A stretch of DNA of 32,000 nucleotides, taken from Bifidobacterium longum subsp. longum JCM 1217. Its GTDB lineage: Bacteria > Actinomycetota > Actinomycetes > Actinomycetales > Bifidobacteriaceae. The translations under genes and the position numbers were made by a program. The stretch lies in assembly GCF_000196555.1 (NCBI RefSeq), contig NC_015067.1, positions 2,250,001 through 2,282,000 on the forward strand, in the 5' to 3' direction. Numbering within the stretch: position 1 is the stretch's first letter; each line of letters starts with the position of its first letter. Below are positions 15,996-23,342 of this stretch, piece after piece. Under the pieces are notes generated by a model. The model saw nothing but the letters and a program-made list of their open reading frames with translations, was not told the origin of the DNA and did not search any database.

Positions 15996-16013
15996 TGTTA
16001 TCAATTTGTTATC
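15996..16013 (-). promoter_or_regulatory. Phased direct repeat TGTTATCAATTTGTTATC, upstream of the fourth GH43 gene
   Basis: The same TGTTATC heptamer occurs twice with an 11-bp period, in the 337-bp spacer between the DUF624 stop and the GH43 start. Confidence 0.35.
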
Positions 16014-16083
16014 TTTACCGCGCTTGCGTGGACAGAGAACGCTCAGACCTCGAAGATCGCCACATATTCGTGAGAGAACCCGC

Positions 16084-16689
16084 CTAGTCAATGAGATATG
16101 GATTGAAAACACGCTCGGTAACGGGGATATGGAGCATCAGCATGGTGCCGTAACCAAGGATCACCAGCAGGAACAGTCCACCGGGCATGTGGAACCAGCT
16201 GGCCGCCAGCAGTGCCACGAACACGGCATCCACGATGACCAGGGCCACGGTCATCGCGATGTGGGAGATGCCGAAGATGAAGGCGTTCTTCAAGGTGCCG
16301 GCCACGGTGTTCTCGAAGCGTGCCTGAAGCGCGAACACCCATTCGAAACCGATAAGCCAGAGGATGGTCAGCGCGAATTTGATGATGAGCAGCGGCGTGA
16401 TCTGCAGGACGATCCATGACCAGACCAGTGCAATCAGCACCACCAAGAACGGCAGCCACAGCAGTGTGGCTTTGATGAAGTTGGCTTTGAATGACTTGAA
16501 GTAGTTGGCGGTTACGCCTTTGCCCTCGCCCTCGATGGAGCGGCGGCAAGCATCATGGCCGGCGGTCAGGGCCGCACCGATGGTGATGAGCGGAATCGAA
16601 GTGACCAGCATCAGAATGTTGATCCATACGCCGTCAACAAGATTGCTCCACGCGCGCATGAATTTCGAGTCCGGTGCCAGCCAGTTCAT
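16084..16689 (-). CDS. DUF624/YesL-family integral membrane protein, commonly linked to sugar ABC importers
   Basis: ORF 16084..16692 begins with TTG in the track. The adjacent ATG at 16689 lies 6 nt after GAGGAG. The ~200-aa protein is polytopic and hydrophobic (WINILMLVTSIPLITIGAALTAG ...). Size and pattern fit YesL-like proteins, and it sits directly downstream of the permease pair. Confidence 0.75.
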   Translation of the reverse strand: MNWLAPDSKFMRAWSNLVDGVWINILMLVTSIPLITIGAALTAGHDACRRSIEGEGKGVTANYFKSFKANFIKATLLWLPFLVVLIALVWSWIVLQITPLLIIKFALTILWLIGFEWVFALQARFENTVAGTLKNAFIFGISHIAMTVALVIVDAVFVALLAASWFHMPGGLFLLVILGYGTMLMLHIPVTERVFNPYLID

Positions 16690-16710
16690 CAACTACTCCT
16701 CGTACAGCTT

Positions 16711-16901
16711 TTGGCTCCCCTCAGGGAGGGGAGCCAAATTGTCGGGCTCAACCCTTGACCGCTCCGCCTTCGGCCCTGCAATTACGGACTCGCCTACGAC
16801 GAGGCTCATCATTAGCTTCGCCGCTGTCGCGGCTCAGCCTGGAGCCTGCTGGAAGCCCACTGGGCTTCCAGCCATGGGCTGACGACGCGAGTCGTCAGCC
16901 C
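16711..16901 (-). repeat. Hairpin array between the permease stop and the DUF624 start
   Basis: Perfect stems: 16876-16901 (GGGCTGACGAC/GTCGTCAGCCC, which contains the permease stop); 16848-16872 (GCTGGAAGCCC/GGGCTTCCAGC); 16711-16737 (TTGGCTCCCCTC/GAGGGGAGCCAA). Confidence 0.55.
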
Positions 16902-17737
16902 TTGACGGCTCCCGCCATGACACCAGAGACTATATACTTCTGGCATACCAAGTAGAAGACGATGATGGGGATGATGGCCAGCACCAGGCAGGCCATCATG
17001 GCGCCCATATCCACGGAACCGTAGCCGCCCTTGAGGTATTGCACGGCGACCGAGACGGTCTTGTACTTGCCGAGGTCGAGCGTCAGGTACGGCAGCAGGT
17101 AGTCGTTCCAGATCCACATGGCTTCGAGGATGGCCACCGAGACGATCGACGGCTTCATAATCGGCACCACGATCTGGAAGAAGATGCGCGGCACTGACGC
17201 GCCGTCGATCATGGCGGACTCCTCAAGCTCCTGCGGGATGCCCTTGATCACGCCAGTGAAGATGAACACGGCCAGACCGGCACCGAAACCGAGGTACACG
17301 ATGCACAGGCCCCACGGGGTATTGAGCTTCAGCATGTCGGCGATCTTGGAGAGGGTGAACATCACCATCTGGAACGGCACGATCATATTGAACAGGAACA
17401 GGGTGTAGAGCAGCTTCGCGGCCCAGTTGTTCACGCGCACGATCCACCATGCGCACATCGAGGTGCACACCAGAATCAGCGCCACCGAGCCGACGGTGAT
17501 AAGCAGCGTCCAGCCGAAGGAGGCGAAGAACTGCGTGGTCTCGATGCCGCGCACATAGTTCTCAAGTCCCACGAACGCCTTGCCGGCAGGCAGGGAGAAC
17601 GCGTTCTTGGAGATGTACGCCTTCTGCTTGAAGGAGTTGATCAGCACCAGGACGATCGGGAAAATCCAGAACAGGGAGACAACGGCAAACAGCACGGTCC
17701 ATAATGCGCCATGCTTCACAGGCTTGTTCTCGTTCAT
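16895..17737 (-). CDS. Carbohydrate ABC transporter permease (CUT1, MalG-like)
   Basis: 280 aa with six hydrophobic segments. EAA-type loop: IPQELEESAMIDGASVPRIFFQIVVPIMKP. C-terminal ...GAVKG. The ATG overlaps the upstream permease stop (TGATG), implying translational coupling. Confidence 0.9.
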   Translation of the reverse strand: MNENKPVKHGALWTVLFAVVSLFWIFPIVLVLINSFKQKAYISKNAFSLPAGKAFVGLENYVRGIETTQFFASFGWTLLITVGSVALILVCTSMCAWWIVRVNNWAAKLLYTLFLFNMIVPFQMVMFTLSKIADMLKLNTPWGLCIVYLGFGAGLAVFIFTGVIKGIPQELEESAMIDGASVPRIFFQIVVPIMKPSIVSVAILEAMWIWNDYLLPYLTLDLGKYKTVSVAVQYLKGGYGSVDMGAMMACLVLAIIPIIVFYLVCQKYIVSGVMAGAVKG

Positions 17738-18591
17738 CAGGCTGCCACCTCCTTGCTCGTGGTGAGCTTGTTCTGAATCAGGGCGATGACCGCGACCAGG
17801 ATGAAGAACAGCACGGCCTTCGCCTGGCCGACGCCTTCCCAGCCCATACGGCCGTAGAAGGTGCGGGTGATGTTCAGCGCCAGACCTTCAGACATGTTGC
17901 TCGGCGCACCGTTGGTCAATGCGAGGTTCTGATCGTAGAGCTTGAAACCGTTGGTCACGGTCAGGAAGGAGCACACGGTGATGGACGGCATCATCAGCGG
18001 GATGATGATGCGGAACATGGTCTGCCGTCCGTTGGCGCCGTCCACGGCCGCAGCCTCCAGCACGTCGGTGGGCAGGGCCTGCAGGCCGGCGATGTAGATG
18101 ATCATCATGTAGCCGATCTGCTGCCAGCACACCAGGATGACCAAGCCCCAGAACCCGTAGGACGCCTTATAGGTCAGGGCGCGGCCCCAGTGGGCCAGCA
18201 CGCCGTTCAGGAGCAGCAGCCAGATGTAGCCCAGGATGATGCCGCCGATAAGGTTCGGCATGAAGAATACCGAGCGGAACAGCGTGGAGCCCTTGATCGC
18301 CTTGGTCAGCATGTAGGCGATGGCGAAGGCGATCACGTTGATCACGATGGTGGTCACGATGGTGAACGCGGTGGAGAAGCCGAGCGCGTGCAGGAATTCC
18401 TTGTCTTTCAACGCTTTGCCATAGTTCTTAAGCCCCACCCATTCACCGTCGGTAACGGTGGTGAATTCGCAGAAGCTTAAGTAGACGCCCATGATGAAGG
18501 GCACCAGGAACCCGATGATGAATGCGGCGAATGTGGGAAGCGCGAACAGCGCCCACCATCTGCGTATCGCCTTGCCAGCCATGCTGATCAT
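17737..18591 (-). CDS. Carbohydrate ABC transporter permease (CUT1, MalF-like)
   Basis: ORF 17737..18693. I prefer the ATG at 18591, preceded by AAGGAGGAGGAAAAGTC. EAA loop: LPTDVLEAAAVDGANGRQTMFRIIIPLMMPS. Multi-pass membrane protein. Confidence 0.9.
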   Translation of the reverse strand: MISMAGKAIRRWWALFALPTFAAFIIGFLVPFIMGVYLSFCEFTTVTDGEWVGLKNYGKALKDKEFLHALGFSTAFTIVTTIVINVIAFAIAYMLTKAIKGSTLFRSVFFMPNLIGGIILGYIWLLLLNGVLAHWGRALTYKASYGFWGLVILVCWQQIGYMMIIYIAGLQALPTDVLEAAAVDGANGRQTMFRIIIPLMMPSITVCSFLTVTNGFKLYDQNLALTNGAPSNMSEGLALNITRTFYGRMGWEGVGQAKAVLFFILVAVIALIQNKLTTSKEVAA

Positions 18592-18857
18592 GACTTTTCC
18601 TCCTCCTTGAGTCCGCTGCGTTGCGACACTGCATCGTGCGCCGGCTGCGGAGTTCAACTCAATGCGAGCTTGCCGATCGAGAACCGCATGCACGGCCTGT
18701 TCTCGTTCAAGCCTATGTTCATAGTAAACGTCGAATCATTATATGTCAAACGTTGTCATTTTAGGCGTTTCAAGTTCGAGCATACTCCGGTTCCAGCAAT
18801 CTTCTTTCACCTAAGATAATGGCTATATAAAGCCAATCTAACGCCGACATAGACACT

Positions 18858-18873
18858 TTGCAAACGTTTGTAA
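18858..18873. promoter_or_regulatory. Candidate LacI-family operator TTGCAAACGTTTGTAA in the lacI / permease divergent region
   Basis: The core CAAACGTTTG is a perfect 10-bp palindrome with a central CG. It lies ~100 bp upstream of the lacI ATG. Related weaker sites: CAAACGTTGTCAT (18747-18759) and CAATCGTTGTCAT (18876-18888). Confidence 0.45.
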
Positions 18874-18973
18874 TACAATCGTTGTCATCGCCGCAGATCA
18901 ATCAATCAGCATGTACACTGGAGTCAGTTGTGCATGTGTATTGCGATTTTCCATTCAACGCAAGGGGGCTGCA

Positions 18974-19990
18974 ATGGCTACGAGCATTCAGGATGTCGCC
19001 CGCGAGGCCGGCGTCTCCATCTCCACCGTCTCACGTTCCTTCACCAGGCCGGATCTGGTGTCGGCCAAGACCCGCGAGCGCGTGCTCGCCATCGCCGACA
19101 AACTCAATTTCTCACTCTCCCGCTCGGCTGCGGCCCTGAAATCCGGCCGCTCCCTGCGCATCGCAGTACTGATGAGCGGCCATATCCGCCTGTGGTTCAC
19201 CGCCTCGGTCATCGAGGGGCTCAACGAGGTGCTGCACACGCAGGGCTACGATATTTCGGTATTCCAGATTTCCAGCATCGAGGAGCGCAAGGAATTCTTC
19301 GAGATGTTGCCGGTACGCCGTAACGCCGATGCCGTGATTGTGGCGTCTTTCGATATCGACAACAACGAAATCGCGCAACTGGCTTCGGTCGGCGTGCCGA
19401 TCGTCGGCATCAATTCAGTCGAACCCGAAGCCCGCGGCTTTACCGCCGCCGTCAATATCGACGATGTGCAGGGCTCCACGCTGGCCGCCCGCCATCTTAT
19501 CAATCTCGGACATCGCCGCATCACCTACATCAGCACCAATCGCGAGGTGTCGCTGAGCTTCTCCGTGCAAAGCCGATTCGACTCATTCACCGCCTGCTGC
19601 CGCAGGGAAGGCATCGAGCCGCAGGTTATCGTCTGCAAGGTCGATGACGATGGACGTTATGAAATCAGCGACGTGGTCAACCAACTCATAAGCCAAGACG
19701 AGATGCCCACCGCCATCGCATGCCAAGAGGACGGCATTGCTTTGCCGCTTATGTTCCAGCTGGAGCGCAATGGATTCTCCGTGCCCGGCGACGTCTCGTT
19801 GATCGGCTACGACGATAGTTTCTACACCGGCGATATCGGCCTGACCACCATCCGCCAGGATCCGGTGGAAATGGCCCGCGTGGCAGCCCGCATGACGCTC
19901 GATCTCATTGACGAAAAGCCGATTGAGCAACCCTACATCGTGTTCCCGGCCCAGCTGAAGGTCCGCTCCTCCACCTCCCGCGTTAAGTAG
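18974..19990 (+). CDS. LacI-family transcriptional regulator
   Basis: ORF 18911..19990. The ATG at 18974 follows AAGGGGG. N-terminal HTH: MATSIQDVAREAGVSISTVSRSF. The rest is a periplasmic-binding-protein-like sugar sensor domain (PTAIACQEDGIALPLM, VSLIGYDD). Confidence 0.9.
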   Translation: MATSIQDVAREAGVSISTVSRSFTRPDLVSAKTRERVLAIADKLNFSLSRSAAALKSGRSLRIAVLMSGHIRLWFTASVIEGLNEVLHTQGYDISVFQISSIEERKEFFEMLPVRRNADAVIVASFDIDNNEIAQLASVGVPIVGINSVEPEARGFTAAVNIDDVQGSTLAARHLINLGHRRITYISTNREVSLSFSVQSRFDSFTACCRREGIEPQVIVCKVDDDGRYEISDVVNQLISQDEMPTAIACQEDGIALPLMFQLERNGFSVPGDVSLIGYDDSFYTGDIGLTTIRQDPVEMARVAARMTLDLIDEKPIEQPYIVFPAQLKVRSSTSRVK

Positions 19991-20015
19991 GCTCACACAA
20001 CAAAGCCCACCATAG

Positions 20016-20134
20016 AAAAAGTGTGAGGCAACCGCACAATAACGCTCAATCGCACATTGTGGGAAATGGCGAAAAATCGCCAATCTATGGACACACAGTG
20101 TGTGATTGAGCGGGTGCGTGCCTCACACTTTTTT
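20016..20134. terminator. 119-nt near-perfect palindrome between convergent lacI and binding-protein genes (bidirectional terminator or palindromic element)
   Basis: The outer 14 bp, AAAAAGTGTGAGGC / GCCTCACACTTTTT, are perfect. The inner arms pair CGCTCAATCGCACATTGTG with CACAGTGTGTGATTGAGCG. The apical mini-hairpin is GGCGA-AAAA-TCGCC. T-runs flank the stem on both strands. Confidence 0.6.
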
Positions 20135-20171
20135 GCGGCGGACGATTTTGTGCGAGACTCAGCAATACAAA

Positions 20172-20208
20172 GCGGCGCCCCCGGAGAAGGAAATGGCAGG
20201 GGCGCCGC
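20172..20208 (-). terminator. GC-rich hairpin 37 nt after the binding-protein stop
   Basis: 10-bp stem GCGGCGCCCC / GGGGCGCCGC with a 17-nt loop. On the minus strand it is followed by CTTTGTATTG. Confidence 0.5.
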
Positions 20209-20244
20209 GGATTGTTACTTATCGGCTATGGGACTCTATGAGAC

Positions 20245-21573
20245 TCAGTGCGAAGCCTCGTATTCGGAAGCCCAACCGTCCACGAAGGCGGTCTTGACGG
20301 CATCCCACTTGCCGGTGCCCTGCGCGTACTCGAGCAGTGCCTGGCCGACCTTGTTCTTCCACTCTTCGGACGGCATCATGGTGAAGTTCCAAGAAACCTG
20401 GGTCTTGCCGGACTTCTGATCCTCAACAGCGGCTTCAGTCAGCGGGTTGTCAAACTTGACATCATCGAAGGTCTTGAACGGGGTGGTGAAGCCCATGTCC
20501 TGAGAGATGGCCTTCTTGCCGGTGTCGGAGGTGATCACCCAGGAGAGGAAGTCCTCGGTGGCCTTCTTGTCGGCGTCGGAGGCCTTGTCGTTGATGCACC
20601 AGTAGTTCTCGGAACCAGTGGCCAAGCCCTGCTTCTCTTCACCCTTGACACCGGTGTAGATTGGCATCATGCCCACGGATTCGGCCTTCATGCCGGCCTT
20701 CTGCAGGTCGGTCCAAGCCCAGGTGCCGTTCTGATAGAAGGCAGCCTCGCCGAGCGCGAACTCGGAGTTCGCATCATCGCCGGTCTTGGCGCTCAGCTGG
20801 GTGGGGTCGGTGGTGGAGTCGGTGATGTACAGGTCGAAGATCTTCTTGTAGTTCGGCAGATAAGTGCCCTTGATGGTGGCCGGCTGCTCGGTGACGTTGT
20901 CGTCCTTGAACTCATAGTAGAGCGGCAGGTTGGCCAGATGGGTCTTGAATCGCCAGTCGGAGCTGGAGTCGAAGCCGGCGGAGGTGAACGCGCCCTTGAT
21001 GCCAAGCTCGTCCTTGCGGGACTGCATGTCGTCAGCCACGGCCTTCAGGGTGTCGAAGTTGTCGATTTCGTCCATGGACGTGGCTTTGGCACCATCCAGC
21101 GCGAAGTATTTGTTAAGGATGTCCTTGTTGTAGATCAGGCCGTAGGTTTCCATCACGTACGGCACACCGACCACCTTGTCGCCGTCTTTCAGGGCCACGT
21201 CCTGGTTGGTGAGTTCCTTATACACATCCGTGTTGGACATGTCGGCGGTGTACTTCTTCCAGTTCTGGTAGCCGACCGGGCCGTTCACCTGGAACAGGGT
21301 CGGGGCCTCGGTCTTGGCAATCTCGGACTTCAGGGTCTGCTCGTAGGTGCCGGAGGCCGCGGTCTGGACCTTGACATCAACGCCCTTCTCCTTGGTGTAC
21401 TCCTTGGCCAGAGCGGCCCACTGATCAGCCGCTTCCGGCTTGAAGTTCAGGTAGTAGACCTTGCCCTTGGAGTCGTCGCCGGAAGTGGAGCTTCCACAAG
21501 CGGCAAGGGTTCCGAGGGACATTGCAGCGATGGCCGCCACTGCGACCGCTGACTTCACTGTACGATTCATCAT
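20245..21573 (-). CDS. Sugar ABC transporter solute-binding lipoprotein (CUT1 family)
   Basis: ORF 20245..21606. The ATG at 21573 follows AGAGAAAGG. MMNRTVKSAVAVAAIAAMSLGTLAAC contains a lipobox (LAAC), followed by a GSSTSGDD linker. The length (~440 aa) and the KVYYLNFKPEAADQW start are typical of family-1 binding proteins. Confidence 0.9.
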   Translation of the reverse strand: MMNRTVKSAVAVAAIAAMSLGTLAACGSSTSGDDSKGKVYYLNFKPEAADQWAALAKEYTKEKGVDVKVQTAASGTYEQTLKSEIAKTEAPTLFQVNGPVGYQNWKKYTADMSNTDVYKELTNQDVALKDGDKVVGVPYVMETYGLIYNKDILNKYFALDGAKATSMDEIDNFDTLKAVADDMQSRKDELGIKGAFTSAGFDSSSDWRFKTHLANLPLYYEFKDDNVTEQPATIKGTYLPNYKKIFDLYITDSTTDPTQLSAKTGDDANSEFALGEAAFYQNGTWAWTDLQKAGMKAESVGMMPIYTGVKGEEKQGLATGSENYWCINDKASDADKKATEDFLSWVITSDTGKKAISQDMGFTTPFKTFDDVKFDNPLTEAAVEDQKSGKTQVSWNFTMMPSEEWKNKVGQALLEYAQGTGKWDAVKTAFVDGWASEYEASH

Positions 21574-21664
21574 CGAACCTTTCTCTTTCATCGTCGACCC
21601 GGCCATCCCCGGTCAGGACAGGTACGCTAACACGCACCTTTATGACTATCGACATGCACTATTG

Positions 21665-21699
21665 TGCAACGGTTTGCTTCTTTTTGCAAACGATAGCAA
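21665..21699. promoter_or_regulatory. Two adjacent operator-like sites upstream of the binding-protein gene
   Basis: TGCAACGGTTTGCT (21665-21678) and TTGCAAACGATAGCAA (21684-21699). Both resemble TGCAAACGTTTGCA and lie 90-125 bp upstream of the ATG at 21573. Confidence 0.4.
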
Positions 21700-21801
21700 T
21701 ATCGGCGCGTCATAAATCATCATTTTCAGGCCATTGTCAACAAATATCCCATTAATTCGGTCATTTTTGCCTCATTATCGCAATGCAAGCGTTCGCAATT
21801 A

Positions 21802-21815
21802 TGAGAGCGCTAACA
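21802..21815. promoter_or_regulatory. cre-like palindrome TGAGAGCGCTAACA
   Basis: Fits every constrained position of TGWNANCGNTNWCA. The wider ATGAGAGCGCTAACAT is 12/16 self-complementary. Confidence 0.35.
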
Positions 21816-21871
21816 TATCTTTCATGGCAATCGATTGCCACTTATACCCATCAAAAAAACAACACGGCGAC

Positions 21872-21885
21872 GCTATCGTTTGCAA
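21872..21885. promoter_or_regulatory. GCTATCGTTTGCAA, inverted copy of the 21684-21699 site
   Basis: Exact reverse complement of TTGCAAACGATAGC, ~175 bp away in the same intergenic region. Confidence 0.35.
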
Positions 21886-21977
21886 ATCATTTATCGACAT
21901 ACCGCAATTCCCACCACAAACAATAAAGGCCCGCCCGCAGCAGCAGGCAGGCCAGCGTAATCACAGCGCAACCGGGG

Positions 21978-22691
21978 CTAGGCGTTCCACCGTTCGATGA
22001 CGTTATCTCCCTTATAGACGCTGAGCACCGAGTAGTGCGCCGTATCCAAACGCAGCAACCGCGCGAAATGCGGGTCCACGCCCAGCCATTGCGAGGTGAG
22101 GATGCGCAGGATGTGCGCATGAGCCACCAACAGCACATTATGGCCGTCTTTCAGCAGCGGCGTAATCTCATCGATGGCGCTCTTGGCGCGTACCGCTGCT
22201 TCTTCCAGCGTCTCGCCAGGCCCGGCATGGACCGGCACCTGCTCGCCCGAAGGTAAGGTCTCGACCCAATCGCCCTCCAGCGTGGGCGTCAGCGAGCGCG
22301 GCCCGTCACGCCACACATCCCATTCAAAACCGCTGGCCTCACTCACCTGCTGGCGCGTACGCCCCTCGGCTCGGCCGTAATCCCATTCAGCGATGCCGTC
22401 CAACACACCGTGGCCCGCAAAACCGGCCAGTTCAGCGGTTTGGCACGCCCGCTTCAGCGGACTGGAAAACACACAGCCCTGGCTGAATCCTTCGGGGAAA
22501 GCTTCGCGCAGGCGCCTTCCGGCATCCGCTGCCTGCTGCTCGCCGACCGCAGTCAACGGGATGTTCGTGCGCCCGGTATGCTGCCCGGATTCGCTCCACA
22601 CGGTCTGGCCGTGGCGCAGCAACACCAAAAATCCGTTGCCGCCACGAGAGTTCTCGACGGCAACGGTGCCGTTCACGTTCTGTTCGCTCAT
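21978..22691 (-). CDS. Histidine phosphatase superfamily protein (phosphoglycerate-mutase-like)
   Basis: 237 aa. Catalytic RHG motif in LVLLRHGQTVWSESGQHTGRTNIPLT, with a downstream histidine in LLVAHAHILR. GTGGAGG RBS before the ATG at 22691. Confidence 0.85.
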   Translation of the reverse strand: MSEQNVNGTVAVENSRGGNGFLVLLRHGQTVWSESGQHTGRTNIPLTAVGEQQAADAGRRLREAFPEGFSQGCVFSSPLKRACQTAELAGFAGHGVLDGIAEWDYGRAEGRTRQQVSEASGFEWDVWRDGPRSLTPTLEGDWVETLPSGEQVPVHAGPGETLEEAAVRAKSAIDEITPLLKDGHNVLLVAHAHILRILTSQWLGVDPHFARLLRLDTAHYSVLSVYKGDNVIERWNA

Positions 22692-22782
22692 GCCTCCACT
22701 CTAGTCTGCGCTCGTTCATGACTCCACCATTAACGCCCATCTTTTGCGCTGAGATGATTGAGATGCTATTAGACTGAGAGTC

Positions 22783-23160
22783 ATGAGCGACGAAACGAAC
22801 ACCGACTTCCCCTCCAGCGCCGACCGTGCGGTCGACAGCCTGCACCGCATCGACGAGAAGGTCAACAGGCTGCGCGAGGACCGGCTCAACGACCCTGATT
22901 CTCTGGGCGACAAGCTCATCAAGTCGGCAGTCCCAGCGCTGGCAGGCTTGGTTGCCGGCAAAGCATTCCAGATGATATGGGACAAGGGCACAAGCAAACG
23001 CAATCTGCGCAAGGGACTGGCGGCAGACGCGCCGCAAAGTCTGGCAATGAGTCTGACATTCGCCGCCGTTTCGGCCGCACTCGGCGCAGTGGTTTCGCAG
23101 CTGTCGGATCGGGGCTCCAAGGCGTTCGTCGACCACCGCCATCGCAAGCCCAGCCGCTAA
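22783..23160 (+). CDS. DUF4235-like small membrane-associated protein
   Basis: 125 aa. Two hydrophobic/amphipathic segments (SAVPALAGLVAGKAFQMIW; SLAMSLTFAAVSAALGAVVSQL) follow the pattern I recall for actinobacterial DUF4235. Divergent from the phosphatase gene. Family assignment is from memory only. Confidence 0.6.
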   Translation: MSDETNTDFPSSADRAVDSLHRIDEKVNRLREDRLNDPDSLGDKLIKSAVPALAGLVAGKAFQMIWDKGTSKRNLRKGLAADAPQSLAMSLTFAAVSAALGAVVSQLSDRGSKAFVDHRHRKPSR

Positions 23161-23342
23161 TCCCCCGGTTGGATGATGGTTTCTGTTGGCTGACTGATGA
23201 CTCATCGCTGGAATTTCGTCAAGGAACCATCAGTCAATCGACAGGAACCATCAGTCCAGCACAGTTCCGCCACACAATATCGGCATTTCACTGTGAGGTA
23301 ATCCACCGTGGCGTCCGGCGTCTGCCGTGCGACAATAAAGCC

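Noticed and set aside
15847-20249. 11-mer GAGACTCAGTG shared by the 15842 palindrome and the binding-protein stop region
   Set aside because: Exact 11-mer matches between two sites are expected many times by chance in 32 kb on two strands, and there is no extended similarity.
20057-20419. 120-aa plus-strand ORF starting inside the 119-nt palindrome
   Set aside because: It spans two terminator-like hairpins and then runs antisense into the binding-protein gene, with no RBS.
20248-21552. 434-aa plus-strand ORF opposite the binding-protein gene
   Set aside because: The G/V/L/H-rich translation has no motif, whereas the minus-strand frame encodes a textbook lipoprotein binding protein.
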